A program made the translations under genes and the position numbers. From the human T2T-CHM13v2.0 reference genome, Homo sapiens: a DNA stretch of 64,000 nt. Below the pieces are notes generated by a model. That model saw only the letters and a list, made by a program, of their open reading frames with translations. It ran no database searches and was not told where the DNA came from. Positions 16,010 through 30,177 of the stretch are shown in pieces (position 1 is the first letter of the stretch; each line of letters begins with the position of its first letter). The stretch lies in the NCBI RefSeq assembly GCF_009914755.1, contig NC_060931.1; one strand, 5' to 3'.

Positions 16010-18179
16010 GCTCTCTCCCTCTCCCTCTCCCTCTCCCTCCTCTCCCTCCTCTCCCTCCTCTCCCTCCTCTCCCTCCTCTCCCTCCTCTCCCTCCTCTCCC
16101 TCTCCCTCTCCCCACGGTCTCCCTCTCCCTCTCTTTCCACGGTCTCCCTCTCATGCTGAGCCGAAGCTGGACTGTACTGCTGCCATCTCGGCTCACTGCA
16201 ACCTCCCTGCCTGACTCTCCTGACTCAGCCTGCCGAGTGCCTGCGATTGCAGACTCGCGCCGCCACGCCTGACTGGTTTTGGTGGAGACGGGGTTTCGCT
16301 GTGTTGGCCAGGCCGGTCTCCAGCCCCTAACCGCACGTGATCCACCAGCCTCGGCCTCCTGAGGTGCCGGGATTGCAGATGGAGTCTCGTTCACTCAGTG
16401 CTCAATGGTGCCCAGGCTGGAGTGCAGTAGCGTGATCTTGGCTCGCTACAACCTCCACCTCCCAGCCGCCTGCCTTGGCCTCCCAAAGTGCCGAGATTGC
16501 AGCCTCTGCCCGGCCGCCACCCCGTCTGGGAAGTGAGGAGCATCTCTGCCTGGCCGCCCATCATCTGGGATGTGAGGAGCCCCTCTGCCTGGCTGCCCAG
16601 TCTGGAAAGTGAGGAGCGTCTCCGCCCGGCCGCCATCCCACCTAGGAAGTGAGGAGCACCTCTGCCCGGCCGCCATCACATCTAGGAAGTGAGGAGCGTC
16701 TCTGCCCGGCCGCCCATCGTCTGAGATGTGGGGAGCGCCTCTGCCCCGCCGCCCCGTCTGGGATGTGAGGAGCACCTCTGCCCGGCCGCAACCCCGTCTG
16801 GGAGGTGAGGAGCATCTCTGCCCGGCCGCCCCGTCTGAGAAGTGAGGAGCCCCTCCGCCTGGCAGCCGCCCCGTCTGGGAAGTGAGGAGCCCCTCCGCCC
16901 GGCAGCCGCCCCGTCTGGGAAGTGAGGAGCGTCTCCGCCCGGCAGCCACCCCATCCGGGAGGGAGGTGGGGGGGTCAGCCCCCCGCCCCACCAGCCGCCC
17001 CATCCGGGAGGGAGGTGGGGGGGTCAGCCCCCTGCCCGGCCAGCCGCCCATCCGGGAGGGAGGTAGGGGGGTCAGCCCCCCGCCCGGCCAGCCGCCCCGT
17101 CCGGGAGGGAGGTGGGGGGGTCAGCCCCCCGCCCGGCCAGCTGCCCCGTCCAGTAGGTGAGGGGCGCCTCTGCCCGGCTGCCCCTACTGGGAAGTGAGGA
17201 GCCCCTCTGCCCGGCCAGCCGCCCAGTCCGGGAGGGAGGTGGGGGGGTCAGCCCCCCGCCCGGCCAGCCGCCCCGTCCGGGAGGTGAGGGGCGCCTCTGC
17301 CCGGCCACCCCTACTGGGAAGTGAGGAGCCCCTCTGCCCGGCCAGCCGCCCCATCCGGGAGGGAGGTGGGGGGGTCAGCCCCCCGCCCGGCCAGCCGCCC
17401 CGTCCGGGAGGTGAGGGGCGCCTCTGCCCGGCCACCCCTACTGGGAAGTGAGGAGCCCCTCTGCCCGGCCAGCCGCCCAGTCCGGGAGGGAGGTGGGGGG
17501 GTCAGCCCCCCGCCCGGCCAGCCCCCCCATCCGGGAAGTGAGGGGCGCCTCTGCCCGGCCGCCCCTACTGGGAAGTGAGGAGCCCCTCTGCCCGGCCACC
17601 ACCCCGTCTGGGAGGTGTGCCCAACAGCTCATTGAGAACGGGCCAGGATGACAATGGCGGCTTTGTGGAATAGAAAGGCAGGAAAGGTGGGGAAAAGATT
17701 GAGAAATCGGATGGTTGCCGTGTCTGTGTAGAAAGAAGTAGACATGGGAGACTTTTCATTTTGTTCTGTACTAAGAAAAATTCTTCTGCCTTGGGATCCT
17801 GTTGATCTATGACCTTACCCCCAACCCTGTGCTCTCTGAAACATGTGCTGTGTCCACTCAGGGTTGAATGGATTAAGGGCAGTGCAAGATGTGCTTTGTT
17901 AAACAGATGCTTGAAGGCAGCATGCTCGTTAAGAGTCATCACCACTCCCTAATCTCAAGTACCCAGGGACACAAACACTGCGGAAGGCCGCAGGGTCCTC
18001 TGCCTAGGAAAACCAGAGACCTTTGTTCACTTGTTTAGCTGCTGACCTTCCCTCCACTATTGTCCTATGACCCTGCCAAATCCCCCTCTGTGAGAAACAC
18101 CCAAGAATTATCAATAAAAAATAAATAAATAAATAAATAAATTAAAAAAAAATAAAAAAAAAATAAAAAGTCAATCAAT

Positions 18180-18218
<39 letters not shown>
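16010..18218 (+). mobile_element. Full-length SVA retrotransposon, young subfamily (SVA_F/E-like), antisense in the last METTL27 intron
   Basis: CCCTCT hexamer head ~16011-16112, Alu-like domain to ~16500, GC-rich VNTR to ~17615, SINE-R to AATAAA 18113-18118, (TAAA)n tail; TSD AAAAGATTGGGGAC at 15996-16009 and 18219-18232. Subfamily judged from remembered diagnostic motifs. Confidence 0.95.
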
Positions 18219-18220
<2 letters not shown>

Positions 18221-18813
18221 AAGATTGGGGACAAATAAACACTGTAACCTAATCCCATACATGTTACTGTGGAAACAAAAAGTGAAAATAAAACCTAATT
18301 AATGTTCCAATAAAAAAAAAAAAAAAAAAGAAAAAGAAATTCTTCCAGCTTCCTTCCCAGGGCAGTCTTTCTGTGTCTTTTACATTGGGAATTCCTTTTT
18401 CTTTCTTTCTTTTTTTTTGAGACCCAGTCTTGCTCTGTCACCCAGGCTGGAGTGCAATGGCATGCTCTTGGCTCACTTCAGCCTCCGCCTCCTGGGTTCA
18501 AGTGATTCTCCTGTCTCAGCCTCCCTTGCAGCTGGGATTACAGGCACGTGCCACCACGCCCGGCTATTTTGTATTTTTTGTAGAGATGGGGTTTTGCCAT
18601 GTTGGCCAGGCTGGTCTCGAACTTTTGACCTCAGGTGATCTGCCCGCTGGGGATTATAAGCGTGAGCCACTGTGCCTGCCCACCCCCCCTTTTTTTTCTT
18701 TCTTGAGATAGGATCTCACCCTATTTCCTAGGCTGGAGTGCAGCAGAGCAATCATAGCTGACTGTAGCCTCCAACTCACGAGCTCAAGCAATCCTCCCAC
18801 CTCAGCCTCCTGA

Positions 18814-19017
<204 letters not shown>

Positions 19018-19872
19018 TGAGGAGACACCCTCCTCACCACTCACCACTCACCCACGCCTCTGCTGGAGGATGTGACTGTGTCTGAATGGACAGGAAGAAA
19101 GTTCCCATGTGGGCTTTGGATCTTGGGCTATCCCTTCACCTCTCTGGGCCTCAGTTTCCCAGCTGGCACAGAGAGGATGATTATCTAACATCACAGGAAG
19201 GCTGGTATGTGTGTTTGAAGTGCCCTACAGTAAGTGCCGGCTGAATGGCCTTGTCACCTCAGGTCCAGGCACCTATAGTGTGCGTGCCCAGGGTGGCCCC
19301 AAGTGCACTGAGAAGGAGAGATGGGGAAGCCCAAGTGACTGGTCTGGGAAGGTTTCCTGGAGGAGGGGGTAAGGAGAAGCAGGGTGTTGCTGATAGAAGG
19401 GAGCGCGGTGAGAGGAGAGGCTCCGGAGCAGGGGAGACTGTCACCCATGGGCAGCCTGATGGGGCTGAAGGGCTTAGCAAGCACAGATTGGGCTAGGAAG
19501 TCCGATCCTGGCTGCTTCACCCAGTAGAAAGTTCCTGTCTTCTTGGGCCCAACTTCGACCTTTCCAGCTGACCCCATCCGTGTCCCTGCATTTGTCAGCC
19601 TTCAGGACTCCCCGGATGCCTGCCCAGACCTGCCCAGGCTTAGCCACAGGCTCTGCTGGGCCTGGCAAGGGGTGCAGAGACGGGAGGGAGAGGAAGCATT
19701 TTTACCTCTATGATTTCCTGTCCTGCAGCCAGCCAGCGCCTCCTCGTTCTCATGCTCAACCCCTCTCCTTTCTGCCTTAGGGTGCGCCCCATGTGGATTC
19801 CTCACCTGGTCTTGGAAATGCCTCTCTTCTCTACATTCATGGAGCAGGACCAGGCACAGTGGCTCATGCCTA

Positions 19873-20370
<498 letters not shown>

Positions 20371-20876
20371 TCACAGCTCTCATCTCCCCTGAGCAGCCCC
20401 ATTTCCCAGATGAGAAGACTGAGACCAGGAAAGAGAAAGAGATGCTCCAAAGGCAGTCTATGAATGAGTGAGGAAGCAGTGAGAGGAAGGAACAGAACTG
20501 AGCCCTCACTGTGGGTCAGGACCAAAGCAAAAACCTTAGAGACAGGATTTCACCTGATTCTCACTGCAGTCCTACGGGGACTGGATTGTAGCATTTATAC
20601 CACCTGACTCCCAGACTGGGAAAAGGAGGCTGCAGAGGAGGGTGGAGTTGCTCCTGGTTGTCCATGGATAAGAGCCGAGCTGGCCACCTGTCTGCCCGGC
20701 CTGTTTGCCTGGGTCTGCTGTTGGTGGCTGGGATGTTAGGCTAGGCTGTGTGTGACGCTGGGCAGGACGCTGCCCCTCGCTTAGCCTGAGGGGCTCTGGG
20801 GCCTGTGTCTGCACTATGCACAGGGGAAGGTATATGGTGACGGGGGTTGGGGGTGGTTGGCTGGGCTGCTCCTCAC

Positions 20877-20966
20877 CTGGCTTGGTGACATGTAGCTCAG
20901 GTATCGCATTGCAGGGCACCTGGCCGTCACTGAGGGCACCGACTATCAGCACCGCGTCGAAGGTCC
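20877..20966 (-). CDS. METTL27: METTL27 fourth coding exon (GTFDAVLIVGALSDGQVPCNAIPELHVTKP)
   Basis: 90 nt, acag|GG to CCAG|gtgagg, phase 1-1; motif II-like TFDAV. Confidence 0.94.
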
Positions 20967-21260
20967 CTGTGTGTGTGTGGGGGGGGGGTGGGGACATGGT
21001 GTGATGCTTGGAAGGTACTTTGTCTATGGTGTGGCCTCAGACCACCCTAGGGGTGGGACGAGGCTACTACCCGCATCTGCAGGACCCAGGTCCCCTAGAG
21101 GATAAGGTAAGTATGGCCCAGTTCTGGGCTGCAGTCAGATCGTGGGGTGCAGGGTTGAGTGAGGGACTGGGAGCTTAGTGTGGGAGAGGGATGGAGGATC
21201 AGCAAGGGAAAGGGCTTCATGAGGGTGGGCCTCGGGGTGTGGAGGTGGGAGAGAAAGTAC

Positions 21261-21773
<513 letters not shown>

Positions 21774-21916
21774 TGAGCCACAGTATGCCTGGTCCTGTCT
21801 CATGCATTTGAAACAGTGAGTCTGAGGTGTGGGGCAGGGTTCTGGGGCCAGGGGCAGTAGGAGATTTGAGGAAGTGCGGGGCTAAGGAGTAGGCAGGGGA
21901 TCTGGAAGAGCCTCAC

Positions 21917-22045
21917 CTCGGCAGCCACTAGGCCTGTGCCACAGGCCACGTCCAGGATCAGGGCACTGTGGGGCGGGCCTGGAAGGGCTTGTGTGAGGCA
22001 GTCCACTGCGAGGCGGGGCGCACGGTACAGCAGGGTGGCCACATC
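21917..22045 (-). CDS. METTL27: METTL27 second coding exon (DVATLLY...LDVACGTGLVAAE), SAM-binding motif I
   Basis: 129 nt, cccag|GAT to GAG|gtgagg, phase 0-0; contains class I methyltransferase motif ILDVACGTG. Confidence 0.96.
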
Positions 22046-22317
22046 CTGGGGAAAGAGTGCCGGGCCTACAACACCGGTGCCCCAGTGTTTGGGGGATCTC
22101 CCTTATGGGGTGGTCTCAGAGTCTGCCAGGCTAAGCTGTGTGTGTTGGGGATCAAGCCTGGCTCGGGCTAGCGTGAGGGGACGCCCAGGCATGAGGTGCT
22201 TCCCATTGCTAAAGGGCCAGGACTGGAGAGTTAGCCCCCAGCCCACTGTACAGTAGACTCAGCCCTCCAGGGACCTTCTCTCCTGGCCAAGCGGCTCTCT
22301 CTGCTGAGTCCACATGA

Positions 22318-22488
<171 letters not shown>

Positions 22489-22864
22489 TAATTTTTGTAT
22501 TTTTAGTAGAGTCAGGGTTGCACCATGCTGGCCAGGCTGGTCTCGAACTCCTGACCTCAGGTGATCCGCCCGCCTCGGCCTCCCAAAGGGCTTAGGATTA
22601 CGGCTTGTGAGCCACCGCGCCCGGCCCCACAGTGACTTCTCAATAGCACCTCCTCCAGGCAGCCCCCCTCAGGAGGTCATGGCCCCTGATGGGGCTGCCA
22701 ATCCAGAGCTGTGGGGCGGGTTCTGGAAGGGGCAGGACTGTAGGGTTCTTAGCCAGGCCTCACTTCGTCCTCACAGCCGCCCCCGGGTGCAAGGCTGATT
22801 CCCCACTTTACAGGTAGAAAAATGGAGGCTGGTCTAGTGGAGGCAAGGCCCCAAATGAGTTTAC

Positions 22865-22987
22865 CTGGTCGTAGTCCGGAGCCCAGCGGTCATAGAAATG
22901 GAGCTTTTGGGCCAGGTCGGGGATGCCATGCGCGGCCCTGACCCGCGCCCGCACCTCGGGCAGGCTCCCACCCTCCTCCTGGGCCAT
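22865..22987 (-). CDS. METTL27: METTL27 first coding exon (MAQEEGGSLP...PDYDQ, 41 aa)
   Basis: Acceptor ccccacag|GAGCATG (exon starts 22991), ATG at 22987, donor CAG|gtaaac; peptide matches the METTL27/WBSCR27 N-terminus as I recall it. Confidence 0.95.
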
Positions 22988-23336
22988 GCTCCTGTGGGGA
23001 CACCGTTGCCCTGTCTCGAGGTCCACCTCAATCGCCCATCCCCTCCTTTCCCCCTTCCCTCCTCCCCCTTCAGAGGAGGCTGCCAGGCCTCCTGCCAGCG
23101 CGACCCCTATCCCGGCCCCTATCCCAGATGGGGACACTGAGCGCAGAGAGGGCGGGCTTGGATATTTACACTCTGGGGCTGCAGGGCTGGGGGAAGGGCA
23201 AGGTGGGAGAAGGGGGTGCCCCGCGGCTGGAGGAAGGACCTATCTTCCTCTTTTCCGCCCTCCGACTGAGAGAGGGTCGGAGGTGGGCGACATCCGGAGC
23301 GAAACGGTCTCGAAGGAGGCCGGAGTCAGAACTCAC

Positions 23337-23489
23337 CGCCAATCCAGCGCGCCTGGGGCGTGTGGGCAACAGGACTCGGGGCGGGGCCTGTGTTGCGACC
23401 CTGGCCACACCCTCACTGCCTGCCCGCAATGATTGGCTTTCCGCTGAGAGAAAATAGCCAGTCAAAGGAAGGCGCTGGCAGTCCGCCCG

Positions 23490-23524
<35 letters not shown>

Positions 23525-23540
23525 CCAGCCAATGAGCTCA
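23337..23540 (-). promoter_or_regulatory. METTL27: METTL27 CpG-island promoter and non-coding exon 1
   Basis: CpG-rich 22870-23600; donor GCG|gtgagt on - at 23337/23336; GC box GGGGCGGGGC near 23378-23387; CCAAT boxes near 23340, 23432 and 23530; C34 run 23490-23523. Confidence 0.8.
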
Positions 23541-24337
23541 AGGCTTGTGGCCCTTCTCCAGCCTTGGTAGAGCAGGGACTGCGGAGATGTTTTCCTGCTG
23601 TGCGGGTTTAGGGGCTTCTCGGTGGTCTGGCCCCGGCCTCCCCCTCCACCGTCAGGTAGCAGCACCTCCACCATCCCCCTCCAACTGCCCTCCTGCCTCC
23701 TGAAGTCCTTTATGCTTCCTGAAAGCATGAGGTTTGTAGGCACTGGGGAGTCTCTGAATTCTTATGGGCAGGAGAGGGACCTAGGATTAGCTTTCATTTT
23801 TACTTTGTATTTATATTTACTTATTTTGTTTTATTTTTGTTTTGTTTTATGAGACAGGGTCTCACTCTGTCGCCCAGGCTGGAGTGCAGTGGCTTGACCA
23901 TAGCTCACTGCAGCCTTGAACTCAAGCTCAAGCCAGCCTCCTGCCTCAGCCTTCTGAGTAGCTGAGTAGCTGGGACTACAGGTGCATGCCACCTTGCCCG
24001 GCTTTTTAAATTTTTATCTATTTATTTTTATCTTCGTAGTTTTTGTAGAGACAAAAAATGTTGTCCAGGCTGGTCTTAAACTCCTAGTCTCAAGCGATTC
24101 TCCCACCTCTGCCTCCTGGCAAATTTTATTTTAATAATTTTATTTTAAAAAACCGTACTGGCAAATTTTATTTTAATAAGTTAAATAGCCACATGTGGCT
24201 AGTGGCTACTGTATTGGACAGCAGAGAGAGTCTTGCGGCTGGAAGTGTGACCTGAAGATACGCAGCGTCAGCCTCCGTAACATCTTGGTTTCCTCTAGGA
24301 GATGCCCTAGGGAAGCTTGTGAGAAATGCAAAAATTA

Positions 24338-24511
<174 letters not shown>

Positions 24512-24929
24512 TCAGGAGGCTGAGGTGGGAGAATAGCTTGAACTTGGGAGGCACAGATTGCAGTGAGCAGAGACTGCGCCACTGCACTTCAGCCTGGGTG
24601 ACAGAGCAAGACTCCATCTCAAAAAAAAAAAAAAAGTAAAAATTCTCAGTTGACCTGGGACCTTCTGAATGAGAATTAGATTTCTGGGACTGGGGCCCAG
24701 AGTTTCTGTGTTTCTACAAACTCTGCAGGCGATTTCTAGGCAGCTGAAGGTTCAGAAGCGCTGGTCTAGAGGACCTGTGTTGGAATCAAGGGTTTGGGCA
24801 GGCAGAATTTGGCAGGCTGTTGCAGCTGTCCAGGCAGGAGGTGATGGTTGCATGACCTTGGGTAGAGGTCATGACTGCGGAGAGGAGTGGGTGATCTTCA
24901 GAGATGTTTAGGGGGTAGAAGTGTCGAAG

Positions 24930-25445
24930 TGTCAGAGATGTTTGAACCAGAGCAACTCCATCTTGAATAGCGGCTGAGTAAAATAAGACTGAGACCTACT
25001 GGACTGCATTCCCAGATGGTGAAGGCATTCTTTTTTTATGAGATGGGGTCTCGCTCTGTCACCCAGACTGGAGTGCAGTGGCTCAATCTCAGCTCATGCA
25101 ACTTCCACTTCCTGCCTCAGCCTGCTGAGTAGCTGAGATTACAGGGGAAAGGCTTATCAGAAACTCAAAGAATACGACCATTTGTCTTTCACCTTCCTGT
25201 GACCCGGAGCCCCCTCCCTGCTTCGAGTTGTCGCCACCTTTCTAGACAAAACCAATGTACTTCTTACATATATTGATTGATGTCTCATGTCTCCCTAAAA
25301 TGTATAAAACCAAGCTGTGCCCCGACCACCTTGGGCACATGACGTCAGGACCTCCTGAGGCTGTGTCACAGGCGTGCGTCCTCAATCTTGGCAAAATAAA
25401 CTCTCCAAATTAACTGAGACCTGTCTTAGATTTTCTGGTTTTACA
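24930..25445 (+). mobile_element. Composite LTR: MER41-like 5' end, Alu fragment, MER4A-like 3' end
   Basis: tgtcagagatgtttgaaccagagcaactccatcttg (MER41-like start) 24930-25030; antisense Alu piece 25031-25145; MER4A-like 3' portion with TATAAAA and AATAAA ending ...ttaca at 25445. Confidence 0.65.
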
Positions 25446-25449
25446 GGGT

Positions 25450-26090
25450 GATGAGTAGAAGGAACCCTGTAGCGTTGGAGGAGAGTGGGAGATATTAGAG
25501 TAAACTCATGGGTTTTAACATAAATAAATGGAAAGATATGTAAATAGACATACATGTATGTGTGTGTATTTGTGAGTTTCCTAGCTTTGTCTGCCAAAAT
25601 GACCTAAACACAATTAACGCTTCAGTAGTAATCACCACAACGAGCATCCAGATCTGGTTCTAAAAATGCATTCTTGCCAGGTGCAGTGGCTCATGTGTGT
25701 AATTCTAGCACTTTGGGAGGCCGAGGCGGGTGGATCACTTGAGGTCAGGAGTTCAAGACCAGCCTGGCCAACATGGTAAAACCCCGTCTCTACTAAAAAT
25801 ACAAAAATTACCTGGGAGTGGTAGCACACGCACCTGTAATCCAGCTACTCAGGAGGCTGAGGCAGGAGAATCGCTTGAAACTGGGAGGCGGAGGTTGCGG
25901 TGAGCAGAAATTGCACCACTGCACTCCAACCTGGGCAACACAGCGAGACCCCATCTCTTTAAAAAAAAAAAAAAGCGTTATCAACTAAAAGGAACCAGAG
26001 CTCCTTAGAGAAACAGCTGATGAAATGACTGAAACGCTTGGGGCAGGAAAAGTATGAGATGTGCCTGAAACATCTTGAAATACCTCAAAG
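25450..26090 (+). mobile_element. Old L1MC-type fragment interrupted by an Alu
   Basis: Motifs such as aaaaggaaccagagctccttagagaaa and ggggcaggaaaagta resemble L1MC 3' UTR sequence. Confidence 0.45.
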
Positions 26091-26279
26091 CACAAGCCTC
26101 CTCCGGTTTTTCTCCTCCTTGGCCCAGGAGCCTGTTCTAGCCTTGGGGCTGGAAGGCCTTTCTCTGACTCATCAAGTTTTATTTTTTTTGCCTCTAATCC
26201 TTTACTCCCCTCAAGTCTTAAGTTTTTGGAGCCTCAAAGCCTTTTCTGTGTCTTTTGCTGAAAATGACCCTCTCACTCC

Positions 26280-27226
26280 TGTGGGCGGAGGATTACCTAG
26301 GTGCCGAGGCAAGAGACTGAAGGCACAAACTGTTTCAGTATAATAAAGAAAATGGAATAAGAATAGTCATAATACAAATTAGATGTAGAGATGATCATGG
26401 ACAATTATCAATCATTATTATAAACATTATTAATCATTAGCTTTTAATTACTAATATAACCTAGGAATAACCGGCAGGTATAGGGTCAGGTGCTCAAGAG
26501 ACATTGTGAGAAGTGACCTAGAAGGCAAGAGGTAGCCTTCTGTCACGCCCACATAAGGGCTACTTGAGGGCTCCTTGGTCAAGCGGTAACGCCAGTGTCT
26601 GGGAAGGCACCCGTTACTTAGCAGACCACGAAAGGGAGTCTCCTTTCCTTGGAGGAGTCAGGGAACACTCTGCTCCAGCAGCTTCTTGTGGAAGGCTGGA
26701 TATTACCCAGGCCTGCCCGCAGTCATCCGGAGGCCTAAACCCCTCCCTGTGGGGCTGTGCTTCAATAGTCATGCTCCCTGTTCACTTTCATGTTCCTCCT
26801 CTACTCCTGGTTCCTCTTTGAAGTTCGTAGTAGACAGCGATAGAAGAAATACTGAAAGTCTTAAAGTATTTGGTCTTTCTTATGAATGCATAGAAGAAAA
26901 CGCTGACGTATGCTGCCTTCTCTCTCTCTGTTTCGGCTACCTAAGAGGGAAGGGCCCCCTGTCCTACGATCATGTGACTTGCTTCACCTTGTCAATCACT
27001 TAGAAGATTCACCCTCCTTACCCTGCCCCCTTGTCTCCTATGCAATAAATATCAGCACTTCCAGCCGGTTCAGGGCCACTACCGGTCTCTGCATCTTGAT
27101 GGTAGTGGTCCCCCGGGCCCAACTGTTTTCTCTTTATCTCTTTGTCTTGTGTCTTTATTTATTACTATCTCTCATCTCCGCACACGGGGAGAACACCCGC
27201 TAAGCCTCATAGGGCTGGACCCTACA
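26280..27226 (+). mobile_element. Solo LTR, LTR13-like (ERVK)
   Basis: TG...CA termini (tgtgggcggaggattacc ... gctggaccctaca), 947 bp, internal AATAAA near 27044, degenerate 6-bp TSD cactcc/tactac. Confidence 0.75.
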
Positions 27227-27270
27227 TACTACGGGCCGTGGATATCAAGCTTCCCCTCCCACCAAGTCTA

Positions 27271-27489
<219 letters not shown>

Positions 27490-27780
27490 TTACCTGGGTG
27501 TGGTGGTACGTGCCTGTGGTCCCAACTGCTCAGGAGGCTGAGGTGGATCGCTTGAACCCAGGAGGTTGAGGCTGCAGTGAGCTAGGACTGTGCCACTGCA
27601 CTGTAGCCTGAGCAACAGAGCAGACACTGTCTCAAAAAAACAAAAAAAAAAAAAACAAAAAAAAAACACGACAAAAACCAACCCCAAGTGGTTTAAATAT
27701 TAGGGGTTTGGTATTTTTCTTACAGCAAGAAGGCCAGTGGTCAGCAGCACAGGGGCCAGGCCAGGGGCCCACTGATCTCA

Positions 27781-28221
<441 letters not shown>

Positions 28222-28336
28222 CTAGGAATGGCAGGAGCTTTTCCTTGTTTCTCCTTCCCTCCCTCCCTCCCTCCCTTCCTCCCTCCCTCTCTCCCTTTTG
28301 TCCTTTATATTTTTAATTTTAATTTTATTTTTTTGA

Positions 28337-28498
<162 letters not shown>

Positions 28499-28753
28499 TA
28501 GAGATGGGGTCTTGCTATGTTGCCTAGGCTGGTCTCCAATTCCTGGGCTCAAGCCATCCTCCCTCCTTGGCATTCAAAATGCTGGGATTACATGTGTGAG
28601 GAACCTACCTGGCCTTTCTCTTTCTTTCTATGGGAGGAGGGTATTTCCAGAAGCCACAGAAGCTGGGAAACTGTGATCTGGCACTTTGAGGCTCAGGTGT
28701 GGGGTGTGAGCTTTCCATCCAGGAAGGAGGGAGGGGAGAATGGCTTGTGGTAC

Positions 28754-29382
28754 TGTTCCCAGACCAAACTGAGGGTCGGGCTGCTACTTCTTGTGGCCCA
28801 ATAACGAGATGCACACAAACTGGGGAGGAAGAGAGTTTTTATTTCTGTAACCGTTTACAGGGAGAAGGCGTGGAAATTATCACCCGACTAACTCAAAGTT
28901 ACAAAGTTTTCCAGAGCTTATACACCTTCTAAGCTATACGTCTATGTGTAAGTGTGCATTCATCTGAAGACATAAGTGATTAATTTCTTTTAATCCATGA
29001 CTAAGGTCTGAGTCCCGAAGCTCTTCCTCTGGAACCTCAGTAAATTTACTTATCTAAATGGGTCCAGGTGCTGGGGTGATTCCTGTTATCTCCTGCTAAA
29101 TCATGGAGGTTTGAGGAGTTCCTTCAGACCGCCAATAAATTTGTTTGTGGAGGCCTGGGGAGTTTCTTCAGACCCAAAATAAAACTTGCTTAATTCTAAA
29201 TGGTCCTGTTAAGAATTCCTTCATTATTTTGTCGTGATTTAAGGCCCAGGAAAGGCCTGGGCAAAACTCTTGGTGGGCTTTTGTTACATCCCAGCCTTTG
29301 TATAAGGGCACTGGCTTTTAATATTTAAATTAACCACTCAGTCAGTACTGAAACAGTTGTTGGGGAGACCTGGCCTGCCACA
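28754..29382 (-). mobile_element. Solo ERV1-type LTR (LTR15-like)
   Basis: On - reads tgtggcaggccaggtctc ... gggaaca, with TATA-like and AATAAA motifs; 4-bp TSD gtac/gtgc. Family name from memory. Confidence 0.6.
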
Positions 29383-29526
29383 GTGCGGGCTCCTGTGCTG
29401 CTCCTGGGGTGTGAGGGCGTGTGTTCCTTCATGTGCACCTGTGTGATGAGCGGGGAATGTTACAGGTGTCCATTTTGATGTGTGCAGGACCCAGGCCATG
29501 GAGAGCTTGGTCCCCAGGCTATGGAC

Positions 29527-29643
29527 TCCCTCCCTTCCTTCCTTCCTCCCTTCCTCCCTCCCTTTCTCCTTCCTTCCTTCCTTCCCTTCCTTCCTTCCTT
29601 CTTTTCTTTTTCTTTCTTTCTTTTCTTTCCTTCCTTCCTTCCT

Positions 29644-29699
<56 letters not shown>

Positions 29700-29790
29700 T
29701 CCTTTCCTTTCCTTTCCTTTCCTTTCCTTTCCCTCCCTCCCTCCTTTCCTCCCTCCCTTTCTTCCTTCCTTTCTTCCTTCCTTCCTTTCT
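29527..29790 (+). repeat. Polypyrimidine (TTCC/TTTC/CCTTT) tract at an antisense Alu tail
   Basis: C/T-only tract of about 260 bp directly adjoining an Alu. Confidence 0.92.
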
Positions 29791-29793
29791 TGA

Positions 29794-30177
<384 letters not shown>

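Noticed and set aside
15912-17945. Pro/Gly/Arg-rich ORFs
   Set aside because: Translations of the SVA hexamer, VNTR and SINE-R.
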